A stretch of DNA of 64,000 nucleotides from Bacteroidota bacterium. Lineage in GTDB: Bacteria > Bacteroidota > Bacteroidia > Bacteroidales > Paludibacteraceae. Made by a program: the position numbers and the translations under genes. The stretch's first letter is position 1. Every line of letters starts with the position of its first letter. The notes under the pieces were generated by a model. The model had not been told where the DNA came from. It worked only from the letters and a program-made list of their open reading frames with translations, and made no database searches. The stretch spans positions 1,288-65,287 of the forward strand of contig JAUZOM010000001.1 in NCBI GenBank assembly GCA_030706465.1, written 5' to 3'. Below are positions 27,826 to 36,362 of the stretch, piece by piece.

Positions 27826-29238
27826 TTAATACTGACGTTGCTGTAGAGTTGGATGCTCTTCTTTTATTTTAATCAATAGCTCACCAAAAAGTGTATTAGA
27901 CCATGCAAACCAGTAACGGGTGTAGTATTCTGGCTTATCTTTATTGAACGATTCATGCATAAAACCAGTCGATGAATGTGTCTGCTTAAGCATTCGGAGA
28001 CAATCTGCTATTTCAGCTTCGTTGTTCGAAGTAAGGGCTCTCATAATAATCGACATAGGCCAAATCATGTTATCCCCTATGTGCGGTCCGCCAATACCCT
28101 CGGCAGCTTTCCCTTTATAAAAATATGGATTATCCAGACTCCACACAAACCGGCGTGTATTTTGATAAATTTTATCGGTTGCCGGCAAATAGCCCAAATA
28201 AGGTAATGAAAGCAAAGAAGGTACGTTAGCATCATCCATCATTAGATAATTGCCATAACCATCTACTTCGTAAGCGAATATTTTGCCATATGTAGGATGG
28301 TTTACAATAGCATATCTCTTAATTCCATGATCCACTTCATTTGCCAGGGTGTTGCACTCAATAGCAAAAGCATTGTCGTGACGGATAGCGGTTTCCATCT
28401 CGGCAAGTTGGCGTAATGAAATTACGGCAAAACAGTTGGACGGAACAAGATAAGCATAGGTGGTTGCATCGTCAGACGGTCGGAACATGGAACAAATCAT
28501 GCCCGTTGGTCGCACCGGGTTACCATAGCCATCGCCAAACAAAGTATCTGAAGCTTTGTTGGTTTTTCGGGTAAATCGATACGGTCCTTTTGAATTTTTA
28601 CGTTGTTGTTCCTTAAAGGTGTTGACAATCGTTTGCATGGCTTTGTGCCATTGATTGTCGAAACAACTGTAATCGCCAGTCATCTTCCAGTAATGATACC
28701 CCAAACGAATGACATAACAAAGCCCATCAACTTCCCATTTACGTTCGTGTAACTCTGGCCGCATATTGGTGTTATCGCTTGCCCATCCACTACCTTCAGT
28801 CCCATAATTAAAAGCATTGGCATACGGATCAATCAGCACGCATTTTACTTGGCGGTTAATAACTCCCTGAATTAGGTTTTGTAACTCTTTATCTTCTCTC
28901 ATAAAAGGCAAATACGGCCAAACCTGTGCCGAACAATCGCGCAACCACATGGCATAAATATCACCAGTTATCACAAATGTGTCGTTTTTGCCTTCTCTTT
29001 TTCCAAATTTTACTGTCCGATCGAGTGTGTTCGGGAAACAATTTCCAAACATCCAGGCCAATTCTTTATCCTGAATGCTTTGCTGCATTTGCTGAATTTC
29101 TTTTTCAATAGCCGGGCTACTGAAATTCCGTTGAGATTTACCGACTCTAACTTCGGAGAAGCTCTGAGATAGGACTGTTTGAACAATCAATGCTGAAAAT
29201 AGAAAAGTTATTTTCAAAACTTTTAGAAAATGTTTCAT
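27826..29238 (-). CDS. GH125 exo-alpha-1,6-mannosidase
   Basis: The ORF spans 27826..29289. The likely start is MKHFLKVLKITFLFSALIVQTVLSQ (ATG at complement 29238). It carries FVITGDIYAMWLRDCSAQVWPYLPF, the GH125 (DUF1237) signature. Confidence 0.85.
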   Translation of the reverse strand: MKHFLKVLKITFLFSALIVQTVLSQSFSEVRVGKSQRNFSSPAIEKEIQQMQQSIQDKELAWMFGNCFPNTLDRTVKFGKREGKNDTFVITGDIYAMWLRDCSAQVWPYLPFMREDKELQNLIQGVINRQVKCVLIDPYANAFNYGTEGSGWASDNTNMRPELHERKWEVDGLCYVIRLGYHYWKMTGDYSCFDNQWHKAMQTIVNTFKEQQRKNSKGPYRFTRKTNKASDTLFGDGYGNPVRPTGMICSMFRPSDDATTYAYLVPSNCFAVISLRQLAEMETAIRHDNAFAIECNTLANEVDHGIKRYAIVNHPTYGKIFAYEVDGYGNYLMMDDANVPSLLSLPYLGYLPATDKIYQNTRRFVWSLDNPYFYKGKAAEGIGGPHIGDNMIWPMSIIMRALTSNNEAEIADCLRMLKQTHSSTGFMHESFNKDKPEYYTRYWFAWSNTLFGELLIKIKEEHPTLQQRQY

Positions 29239-29428
29239 CGTGTATTCCTGCTTGTTTGCATCAAATATTCTTGTCTCAAATTTAACCAATTAAACAGCCA
29301 CCCCCAAAGGAGGTGGATTTTTAAGCTATATTAAAATTAATTCTAACACAATTTTTCCATTTTCAATCCAAAGAAAGAATTGATTTTTGATGTGTAAACA
29401 AATTCAAAAACAATATATCCAATTCGGG

Positions 29429-31729
29429 TTATTTATCTGAAAATGAATAGGGGAAAGTATCCTTTTTAGTACCACGCCGATAATTGGGTTTAGGAATCAT
29501 CTGGAAGAGGATGTTCCCGCCTTTTTGTAATTGAGAATGTGTAAAGAAATTCTTAGTATATTCTTTTTTATCCCAATCAATATTATCAATATAAACATTC
29601 TCATCGCTATTATTCAGTGCTTTAAGTGTAAGTTTCCGACCATTTTCCATCGTTAAGACAAGTTCGGGAAAGAGAGGTGAACCGATGGCATAGTCACCCG
29701 AAACAGGTGAAACCGGATAGAATCCCAAGGCCGAGAAAACATACCAGGCAGAAGTTTGGCCGTTATCTTCATCGCCACAATATCCATCAGGTGTTGGTTT
29801 ATAGAGACGGTCCATAATTTGCCGTGTCCAATACTGCGTTTTCCAGGGCTGGCCCGCCCAATCGTATAAATAGGTCATGTGCTGAATTGGCTGATTACCA
29901 TGTGCATACTGTCCAAAATTCATAATTTGCATTTCGCGAATTTCGTGAATTACCTGACCATAATAAGATTCATCAAAAACCGGTGGAAGAATAAACACCG
30001 AATCGAGCATGGCTACAAACTTCTTTTGTCCTCCCATAAGTTCCGAGAGACCTGCCGGATCATGAAAAACGCACCACGAATAATGCCAGCTATTGCCTTC
30101 TGTAAAATCGCCACCCCACGAAAACGGATTAAAATTCTCACGGAAGTCACCTTTTGAATTCCGGCCAGCCATTAAGTTATATTTCGGGTAAAAAAGTTTC
30201 TTGTAGTTGAAGGATCGTTCCGCAAAGGTTTCGATCGTTTTATTATCTTTCTTTAATTCCTTTGCTAACTTATAAATACAGTAGTCGGCATAAGCATACT
30301 CCAACGTACGAGCAGCACTCTCCTTTACACCGATATCATTCGGTACATATCCAAGTGCATCATATTCTTTGGCTCCGGCTCGTCCAACCGATGTAATAGT
30401 TGGGTGAGCATTGTAAGCATTTTTTATAATTCCTTCCCATAATGTTTTTATATCAACATCTTTCACTCCGTTCAGATAGGCGGAAGCAATTACTGAAGTA
30501 GAATTAGAGCCCACCATAATGTCAATGTGTCCCGGAGCTGCCCATTCAGGCAACCAACCGCTTTCTTTATAGGTATTGGCTAAACCTTCTAATATGTATT
30601 TGCTTTGTGTGGGGTAAAACAGATTAAAGAATGGATGAACCGCCCGGAAAGTATCCCAAAAACCGTTATCTGTGTACATACGTCCGGGGCAAACCTTGCC
30701 ATTATACGGACTATAATGAATGATATTTCCTTTTGCATCCAACTCGTGAAACTCTCGGGGAAAAAGTAAAAGCCGATACAGACAGGTGTAGAAGGTTCGA
30801 ACTTTATCTAAATCATTTAGCGTGGCATTTTCTACAGAAAAACGGGACAACTGCTTATTCCAAATTTCTTTGCTCTCAGAACAAACTTCATCGAAATTTC
30901 GACCGGCAACTTCAGTTTTTAGATTCTGATCGGCTTGTTCCCAACTTATAAAGGAGGATGAAATCCGAGCCTGTACAGCTTCGCCTCTTTTGGTCGAGAA
31001 CGAAACAATAGCTCCAGTTCGCTTGCCCTGAGTTTCTTTTTCATTTTTTATTAACGCATCTTCTTTCCAAATAGAATAATTCTGAATTGGCTTATCGAAA
31101 TAAATCACGAAATAGTTCTTGAAATTAGAGGGGACGCGCTGATTTTCATATCCGAAGCGATCGGTCGAATAGCCGATCACTTTATTTTCCTCTGGAATCA
31201 CCTTTATATATGATGCCCTGGCAAAAGCATCAATGACAACATTAGCCTGATTTGTTTCTGGAAAAGTAAAGCGCATCATACAGGATCGTTCGGTAGGAGT
31301 AACTTCTGCTGTTACATTATAATCGGCTAAGTATACTTTATAATAGTGAGGTAAGGATGTTTCTGCTTTATGTGAGAACCAGCTTTTACGATCCTCTTCA
31401 AGAAAATTCTTTTTACCTACAGTTGGCATTAAGGAAAAAACACCATAGTCTCCGGTCCAGGGACTGGGTTGATGAGTCTGCCGGATTCCTGTTAAGTAAT
31501 ACCTGTTATAAGAATAAAACCAACGATCATCATTTTTGGTTGCAGTTTGAGGTGACCAATAATTCATTCCCCATGGAAGAGCTGTCGCGGGATAAAGATT
31601 CCCATTCGACAACGAGAATTCACTCTGGCTTCCCATAATTGGCATTACATATTTAGTGTAATCCTTCTGTGCATTGGCGGGTAGAAAAAATAAAACTAAA
31701 AAAAACAATTGATTTATTCGTGTCTTCAT
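29429..31729 (-). CDS. GH92 alpha-mannosidase
   Basis: 766-aa ORF with signal peptide MKTRINQLFFLVLFFLPANAQ. It contains GNQPIQHMTYLYDW and GDEDNGQTSAWYVFSALGFYP. Confidence 0.9.
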   Translation of the reverse strand: MKTRINQLFFLVLFFLPANAQKDYTKYVMPIMGSQSEFSLSNGNLYPATALPWGMNYWSPQTATKNDDRWFYSYNRYYLTGIRQTHQPSPWTGDYGVFSLMPTVGKKNFLEEDRKSWFSHKAETSLPHYYKVYLADYNVTAEVTPTERSCMMRFTFPETNQANVVIDAFARASYIKVIPEENKVIGYSTDRFGYENQRVPSNFKNYFVIYFDKPIQNYSIWKEDALIKNEKETQGKRTGAIVSFSTKRGEAVQARISSSFISWEQADQNLKTEVAGRNFDEVCSESKEIWNKQLSRFSVENATLNDLDKVRTFYTCLYRLLLFPREFHELDAKGNIIHYSPYNGKVCPGRMYTDNGFWDTFRAVHPFFNLFYPTQSKYILEGLANTYKESGWLPEWAAPGHIDIMVGSNSTSVIASAYLNGVKDVDIKTLWEGIIKNAYNAHPTITSVGRAGAKEYDALGYVPNDIGVKESAARTLEYAYADYCIYKLAKELKKDNKTIETFAERSFNYKKLFYPKYNLMAGRNSKGDFRENFNPFSWGGDFTEGNSWHYSWCVFHDPAGLSELMGGQKKFVAMLDSVFILPPVFDESYYGQVIHEIREMQIMNFGQYAHGNQPIQHMTYLYDWAGQPWKTQYWTRQIMDRLYKPTPDGYCGDEDNGQTSAWYVFSALGFYPVSPVSGDYAIGSPLFPELVLTMENGRKLTLKALNNSDENVYIDNIDWDKKEYTKNFFTHSQLQKGGNILFQMIPKPNYRRGTKKDTFPYSFSDK

Positions 31730-32374
31730 TATTTATTATTAAGAATATTCATCGTATGAAATTTATGCTACAAATAAAGCATAACAGGATAAAAAAACGG
31801 ATTAAAAAGGGTTTAAATACTCAAATTAAAAAATTAATCGCCATAAAAAAATAGAATATACGCGTAAAATCCATTATTCAGTAGGATTTGCCATACTATA
31901 ACATGGAAGACAGGGAATCTATATCAACTCACATTATAAAAAAAAGCAGGTCTACTCAAATTGGCTTCCAATCGTCGAATACACCGCGGAACAGTTAAAG
32001 ACAACAAATATCCGATGATAATACCATCTGTGATCAGATAGCAACAACACATATAAATACTCACGCCGGACTCACGATAAATAATTACAGCATGCCATTG
32101 AGCAAGTCTTGTGAATACGACTCCTTAAAGTTTCGTTTGGTTCTGAATGGATTCTATTTGGAGTGATAGATGATATGCTCTCTCCGGATCTGGGTATAAT
32201 TAAAAAAGGGAATGAGCACATTTTTTGAGTGGGCCGGCAATCAGGCTTTTTGAAATATAAATATCGATTGCACACAAGAGACTGCTATATTTAGTCAAAA
32301 ACTATGCCTGTTAAAGGTCAAACAACTAGCCTCAAGCAGGAAGTCGGGAGTCTTTTATTTTGGATTATGCTGCT

Positions 32375-32460
32375 TAATTATGTCTTGACTCTCAGAAAAC
32401 AAAATTATTCGTTTCTTTTCAAAAACATAACTTTCCCAATAAAGCCTTAATTTTACTCTA
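32375..32460 (+). repeat. Partial, diverged copy (C) of the intergenic element family also seen at 41261-41489 and 47855-48097
   Basis: It shares an exact 17-mer, aaaacataactttccca, with copy B (about 47986-48010). It also shares the block tgcttaat..tca(g/a)aaaacaaaa(t)ta. Confidence 0.6.
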
Positions 32461-32614
32461 GAATAAAAAGACAAACATTGGAAAATAAATACTTACCTGT
32501 TGCTAAATTGACCATTTACTGTTATCATTCAGCCTACAGTTGTTATGCAAACTGAAATGAAAACTATATACAAAAATATTTTATTCCAACTATATTAAGA
32601 CATGAATCCACATA

Positions 32615-35209
32615 CTATACTTCATCTTGAAGCAAAGATTCCAAGCTCTTAGGATAGGCCTTACCCATTGTATTGCGATATTCAGAGGCGAATAAAGCGT
32701 ATATTTTAAAGAGCTTCTCAAACTCATTAAGGCGGTTATAAGAATGTATACTGTAGAATAATGCCGGTTCATACAGTGGATCTAATTTCAAAAGGATTGT
32801 ACTGATAATCAGCACTTGCTTAAACTCATTTTTATTATAGCGTAGGGATAACTCTTGTGGAAGAATAGAGAAGATGATGTCTTCAGAATTCCGCTTGTAT
32901 TTATCGAAAAACTCTTGTGTCGTACATTCCAGCAGTTGCCCTCTTTCACTGATGGAGAGCAATTCATCGCAGGATAGAGACTGTAAGGCCAAAGATTTGA
33001 TTAGTGTGAAATAATCGCAATAGCAAGGTTCGCTTATTATAATCTTGAAAAAACCTTTATCATAAACCAGTTCTACACCTTCAATTTCTGTCAATACTTT
33101 TCGAAGATTACTAATGGTGACACCCTTAAGGTTTTTTACTTTTTCTTCTGTCTTGTCGGGCCAAAAAAGATTGTTGAGCATTGCAGAACTTACACCTTCC
33201 TTATCGCTATTCAATAGTGTATATAGAAAGATTTGCTTAAGCTTACTGCTAAAGAGGTGTGTAATGTCTCTTCCGGATTTTCCATATACGGTAAAGATAC
33301 CAAATAAATAGATCTTATTAAACTCCGATCTGGAACCCCGTTTTTGCTCCGTCGCCGACACTGAAGGCTTGGCAGACGAAGAAAAAGGAATTGTTGTTGG
33401 CATTTCCTGAACAGGAAGAGTTATTGATCCGCTCTTAGAAACCATTTTCCCCCTTTTCTTTTTTCTGTGTAAATAGAAATAGAGTAAAAAAGCCGCCAGA
33501 CATAAAGTTGTTATTGCAATAATTGAAAAGACTCTTGAAGAGTTTATTCTTTTCTTGTTTAAATAGAATTCAACAGCGGCCTTGTCCACGGGTGGTGCTG
33601 ACAGGGAAAAGATCTGGGCTTTTACACTCCGTGTAGTCTCATCGAATTCTTGAGTAACGCAGTAAAATTCCTGTAAAGCATCGTTATAATAAAGTGCGAT
33701 ATTTGATGCGATGGATTTGGATATAAAAGGAATAGAATCGCCTAACTTCCGCATTCTTCCATTGGCTATGGAAATACAGTAAAGCTGTATGTGAGTGCTT
33801 TCATTATATTCAGCATAACGTAGTACGTATAAATACTTTTCATCTTTCGAAAGTATCATTCGTCCACCCGAGACCAGCTTCACACCCGAATGATTATCCC
33901 AACATTTTTTTATCGTTTGCTGTGTTAAGTCTATCCGATAAAGGTCATCATAATAATTGTGCCCTACACTCTGGTCGCCCGATTCATTACCGACACCTCC
34001 ATAAATAAATAAAAAATCGCCTTGTCTGGAAGAGGCCATTGAGGTATAGAACCGGGGGGAAATGTTATCTCCTTTAAAATGCAAGGTATCCCATCGGTTG
34101 GACACAAAGTTATAGGATAAAAAACTATTGCTATATCGTCTGTTGCCAAAGCCACCAAACACGAGATATCGGCCTCTCTTATTATCTAAAAAGCCGTTGT
34201 GATGATGCAATTGTACGGGTGTATAGGCAGTCCCCAGTGCTTGCCAGGTCAGTGTTGGAACATCTAATGCTGCAATGGTGGTACTTCCACTCGGAAGGCT
34301 GTTTATTTCGTATGCGTAGATTTTATTCGTTGTCTCGTTCACAAAACTTGTACCCAACAGCATCTGTACAGGCATTTTATTTGCGTATCTATTTCTGATT
34401 AGCTGTTTATTATCAACCTGATAAGTATAGAGTGAATCTTTACTGATAAACAATATATTTTGTTGTTTATCAGTAAATTTAGATCCAAGAATTGACTTTG
34501 GCGCGAGTGTAAGAACTTTCTTCCAATGATAGTGTTCGTTAATCAACCAACAGGGGTTAATTACCTTCCCTTGTACTTTCCCGTCTGTATCATGAATCTC
34601 ATTTCCACTACTTTCGTTAAGAAGAAAGTGGAATGATAGCTTATTACCAGAAATATTTAAATTGCGAATAGCAAAAGAAGGAACATCAACTAAATTCTCT
34701 CTTCGCCCAAAAACGAGTAAGGGTTGTATTTTTTTACATATTTTTAGTTTGTTGATGCTATGCTTTATTCTTCCTGCAATGGCCAACGTGCTTTGCCCTG
34801 TAGACAAATCAATATGGAGCCGAACTGAAATCCATTTCGATTTTATTGAATCATTAATGAAATTCATCGATATATAATTGGTCTTACCTTCAGCGTTGAA
34901 TTTGAAAGCACTCGACCTTTTGTCTATGTAAGTATATGTAAAACTATAGGCTACATTATTCTGAGGATCAACGATATGAAGCAGATATCCAAACGTGTCG
35001 AAGTCTTGAATCTTCAATTCAAAGTTAATGTCAAAATACTTGTTAAATACGGGTAACGATTCTTTGTTAAAAATAAGAAAAGAAGTACGTTGTTCTATAG
35101 ACTCTTTGTTCCCGGAAAATCTCAATCCTTGTGCTTGAAGGGATGGCATAGAAACAATCCAAATAAAGACGGAAAAAAAGAGTTTATTTAACCTTATCTT
35201 ATTTGCCAT
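32615..35209 (-). CDS. Single-pass transmembrane transcriptional regulator: extracytoplasmic LamG-like + Kelch-type beta-propeller sensor, TM helix, cytoplasmic SARP-like winged-helix + BTAD-like domain
   Basis: The ORF spans 32615..35248. The likely start is MANKIRLNKLFFSVFIWIVSMPSLQAQ (ATG at complement 35209). Kelch-like repeats: YLVFGGFGNRRYSNSFLSYNFVSNRWDTL, FLFIYGGVGNESGD...YDDLYRIDL. TM helix: VFSIIAITTLCLAAFLLYFYL, followed by HRKKKRGK. wHTH-like stretch: IYLFGIFTVYGKSGRDITHLFSSKLKQIFLYTLLNSDKEGVSSAMLNNLFWPD..VKNLKGVTISNLRKVL. The C-terminal tail is helical. Confidence 0.6.
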   Translation of the reverse strand: MANKIRLNKLFFSVFIWIVSMPSLQAQGLRFSGNKESIEQRTSFLIFNKESLPVFNKYFDINFELKIQDFDTFGYLLHIVDPQNNVAYSFTYTYIDKRSSAFKFNAEGKTNYISMNFINDSIKSKWISVRLHIDLSTGQSTLAIAGRIKHSINKLKICKKIQPLLVFGRRENLVDVPSFAIRNLNISGNKLSFHFLLNESSGNEIHDTDGKVQGKVINPCWLINEHYHWKKVLTLAPKSILGSKFTDKQQNILFISKDSLYTYQVDNKQLIRNRYANKMPVQMLLGTSFVNETTNKIYAYEINSLPSGSTTIAALDVPTLTWQALGTAYTPVQLHHHNGFLDNKRGRYLVFGGFGNRRYSNSFLSYNFVSNRWDTLHFKGDNISPRFYTSMASSRQGDFLFIYGGVGNESGDQSVGHNYYDDLYRIDLTQQTIKKCWDNHSGVKLVSGGRMILSKDEKYLYVLRYAEYNESTHIQLYCISIANGRMRKLGDSIPFISKSIASNIALYYNDALQEFYCVTQEFDETTRSVKAQIFSLSAPPVDKAAVEFYLNKKRINSSRVFSIIAITTLCLAAFLLYFYLHRKKKRGKMVSKSGSITLPVQEMPTTIPFSSSAKPSVSATEQKRGSRSEFNKIYLFGIFTVYGKSGRDITHLFSSKLKQIFLYTLLNSDKEGVSSAMLNNLFWPDKTEEKVKNLKGVTISNLRKVLTEIEGVELVYDKGFFKIIISEPCYCDYFTLIKSLALQSLSCDELLSISERGQLLECTTQEFFDKYKRNSEDIIFSILPQELSLRYNKNEFKQVLIISTILLKLDPLYEPALFYSIHSYNRLNEFEKLFKIYALFASEYRNTMGKAYPKSLESLLQDEV

Positions 35210-35447
35210 AATATGAAATTTATAGTTATACAATGCAAAGATAAGCAAAAGAAAAACGATTTACCTAATGGAAGCAGAAAGAATATCCATATAACATTGA
35301 CAGACAACAGGAAAAATCAGAATAAAATCTAATTATAAAGCCATGTGTTTTTAGGTTGAAAATAAAACACTGTTAAATAAAGCTTACGTTATAAAAGCAG
35401 GATGCCTTTGAGGTTCTCAAAATTATAAGCAGAAAGAGATAAATCAT

Positions 35448-35661
35448 GCCGTATAATTTCAATGAGAATAACATGAAAATCAGAACGCGGATTTTCGCAG
35501 ACATCGCGGATTTGAAACGGATTTACAGCTTACATTCAGCAAGCTGACCTTCAAACACTTTACTATCTTATCAGTCCTGCAGGTATGACTAAAATCAGTT
35601 ATAAATCAGTTTAATTATTATCCGTGAATATCCGCGTTCTATTCTTTTTCTAAAATACGGC
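35448..35661. repeat. MITE-like / REP-like element bounded by inverted repeats
   Basis: Outer inverted repeat: gccgtat (35448-35454) against atacggc (35655-35661). Inner perfect 11-bp inverted repeat: agaacgcggat (35482-35492) against atccgcgttct (35630-35640). Internal direct repeats are cgcggattt, cgcggattt and acggattt. Confidence 0.4.
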
Positions 35662-36195
35662 AATCTGTAATACGACAGCCTGTTCGAGCCATTACTTAAC
35701 AAGCTTTTGTCGTATGCAATTTCTATTGCATATTAATTCTCTTTACAAACGGGAAGACTATTTATTAATGTACGTGAGTTCACTATAAGTAGACTCACCA
35801 TTTGTTACAAAACAATTACTTAAATAATACAATAAGGCTTTGTGTGGTGTGGTTTTATCAGGCTACGATGGTTTTGACCTTGATTTTCATAAACATTCAG
35901 CTAAGAAGAAATTTAAGATCAGGTTTTAAAACATTATTCCCTTATTTTTTAAGCAATATAGCTACAAAACATATAAATGTTTATGTCGAACTCACGTTAA
36001 CGAAGTAATCTCACCCTATTTTTTTAAATAGACATAAGAAATCATTTATCCCCAAATACTTATTGGCATAAAAAGCGTTATTAAACTGTTATATCCATTG
36101 CTTTTGGATGCCTGTATAGAAGCCTAAAACGCATTATTTATCCGAATAGTACAAAAAACATATTGTCTATCTGACACTTTGTCGAGAATTATCTT

Positions 36196-36203
36196 TATAT
36201 TTG
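36196..36203 (+). promoter_or_regulatory. Candidate Bacteroidota -7 promoter box (TAnnTTTG) upstream of GH30
   Basis: tatatttg sits within tatatttgca, 160 nt upstream of the ATG at 36363. The same 10-mer, tatatttgca, precedes the other GH30 gene at 48332. Confidence 0.35.
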
Positions 36204-36362
36204 CACAAAACTTCCAAAACACGATACCATCCTGATTTGGGATCTATTGTTCTGTTTCATCGCAAGCACAAACAGATAAGTTCTCATTTCAGGAGAAAAA
36301 ATTAAAGGATATAGCATTTATAAAACAGAACCTAAACAATTAATTTAAAACAAAACTACGAA

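Noticed and set aside
31669-31854. 61-aa Lys-rich ORF, plus ORFs 32072..32275, 35802..36008, 39203..39427 and 63786..63974
   Set aside because: They lie in AT-rich or hairpin-containing intergenic DNA. Their composition is low-complexity and there is no motif support. Two of them overlap terminator-like palindromes.
35700-36010. A fourth copy of the A/B/C intergenic element, suggested by the order tgtcgtat ... aataagg ... ccttatttt
   Set aside because: Only short 7-8-mers match. These are expected by chance in AT-rich DNA, and there is no extended alignable block.
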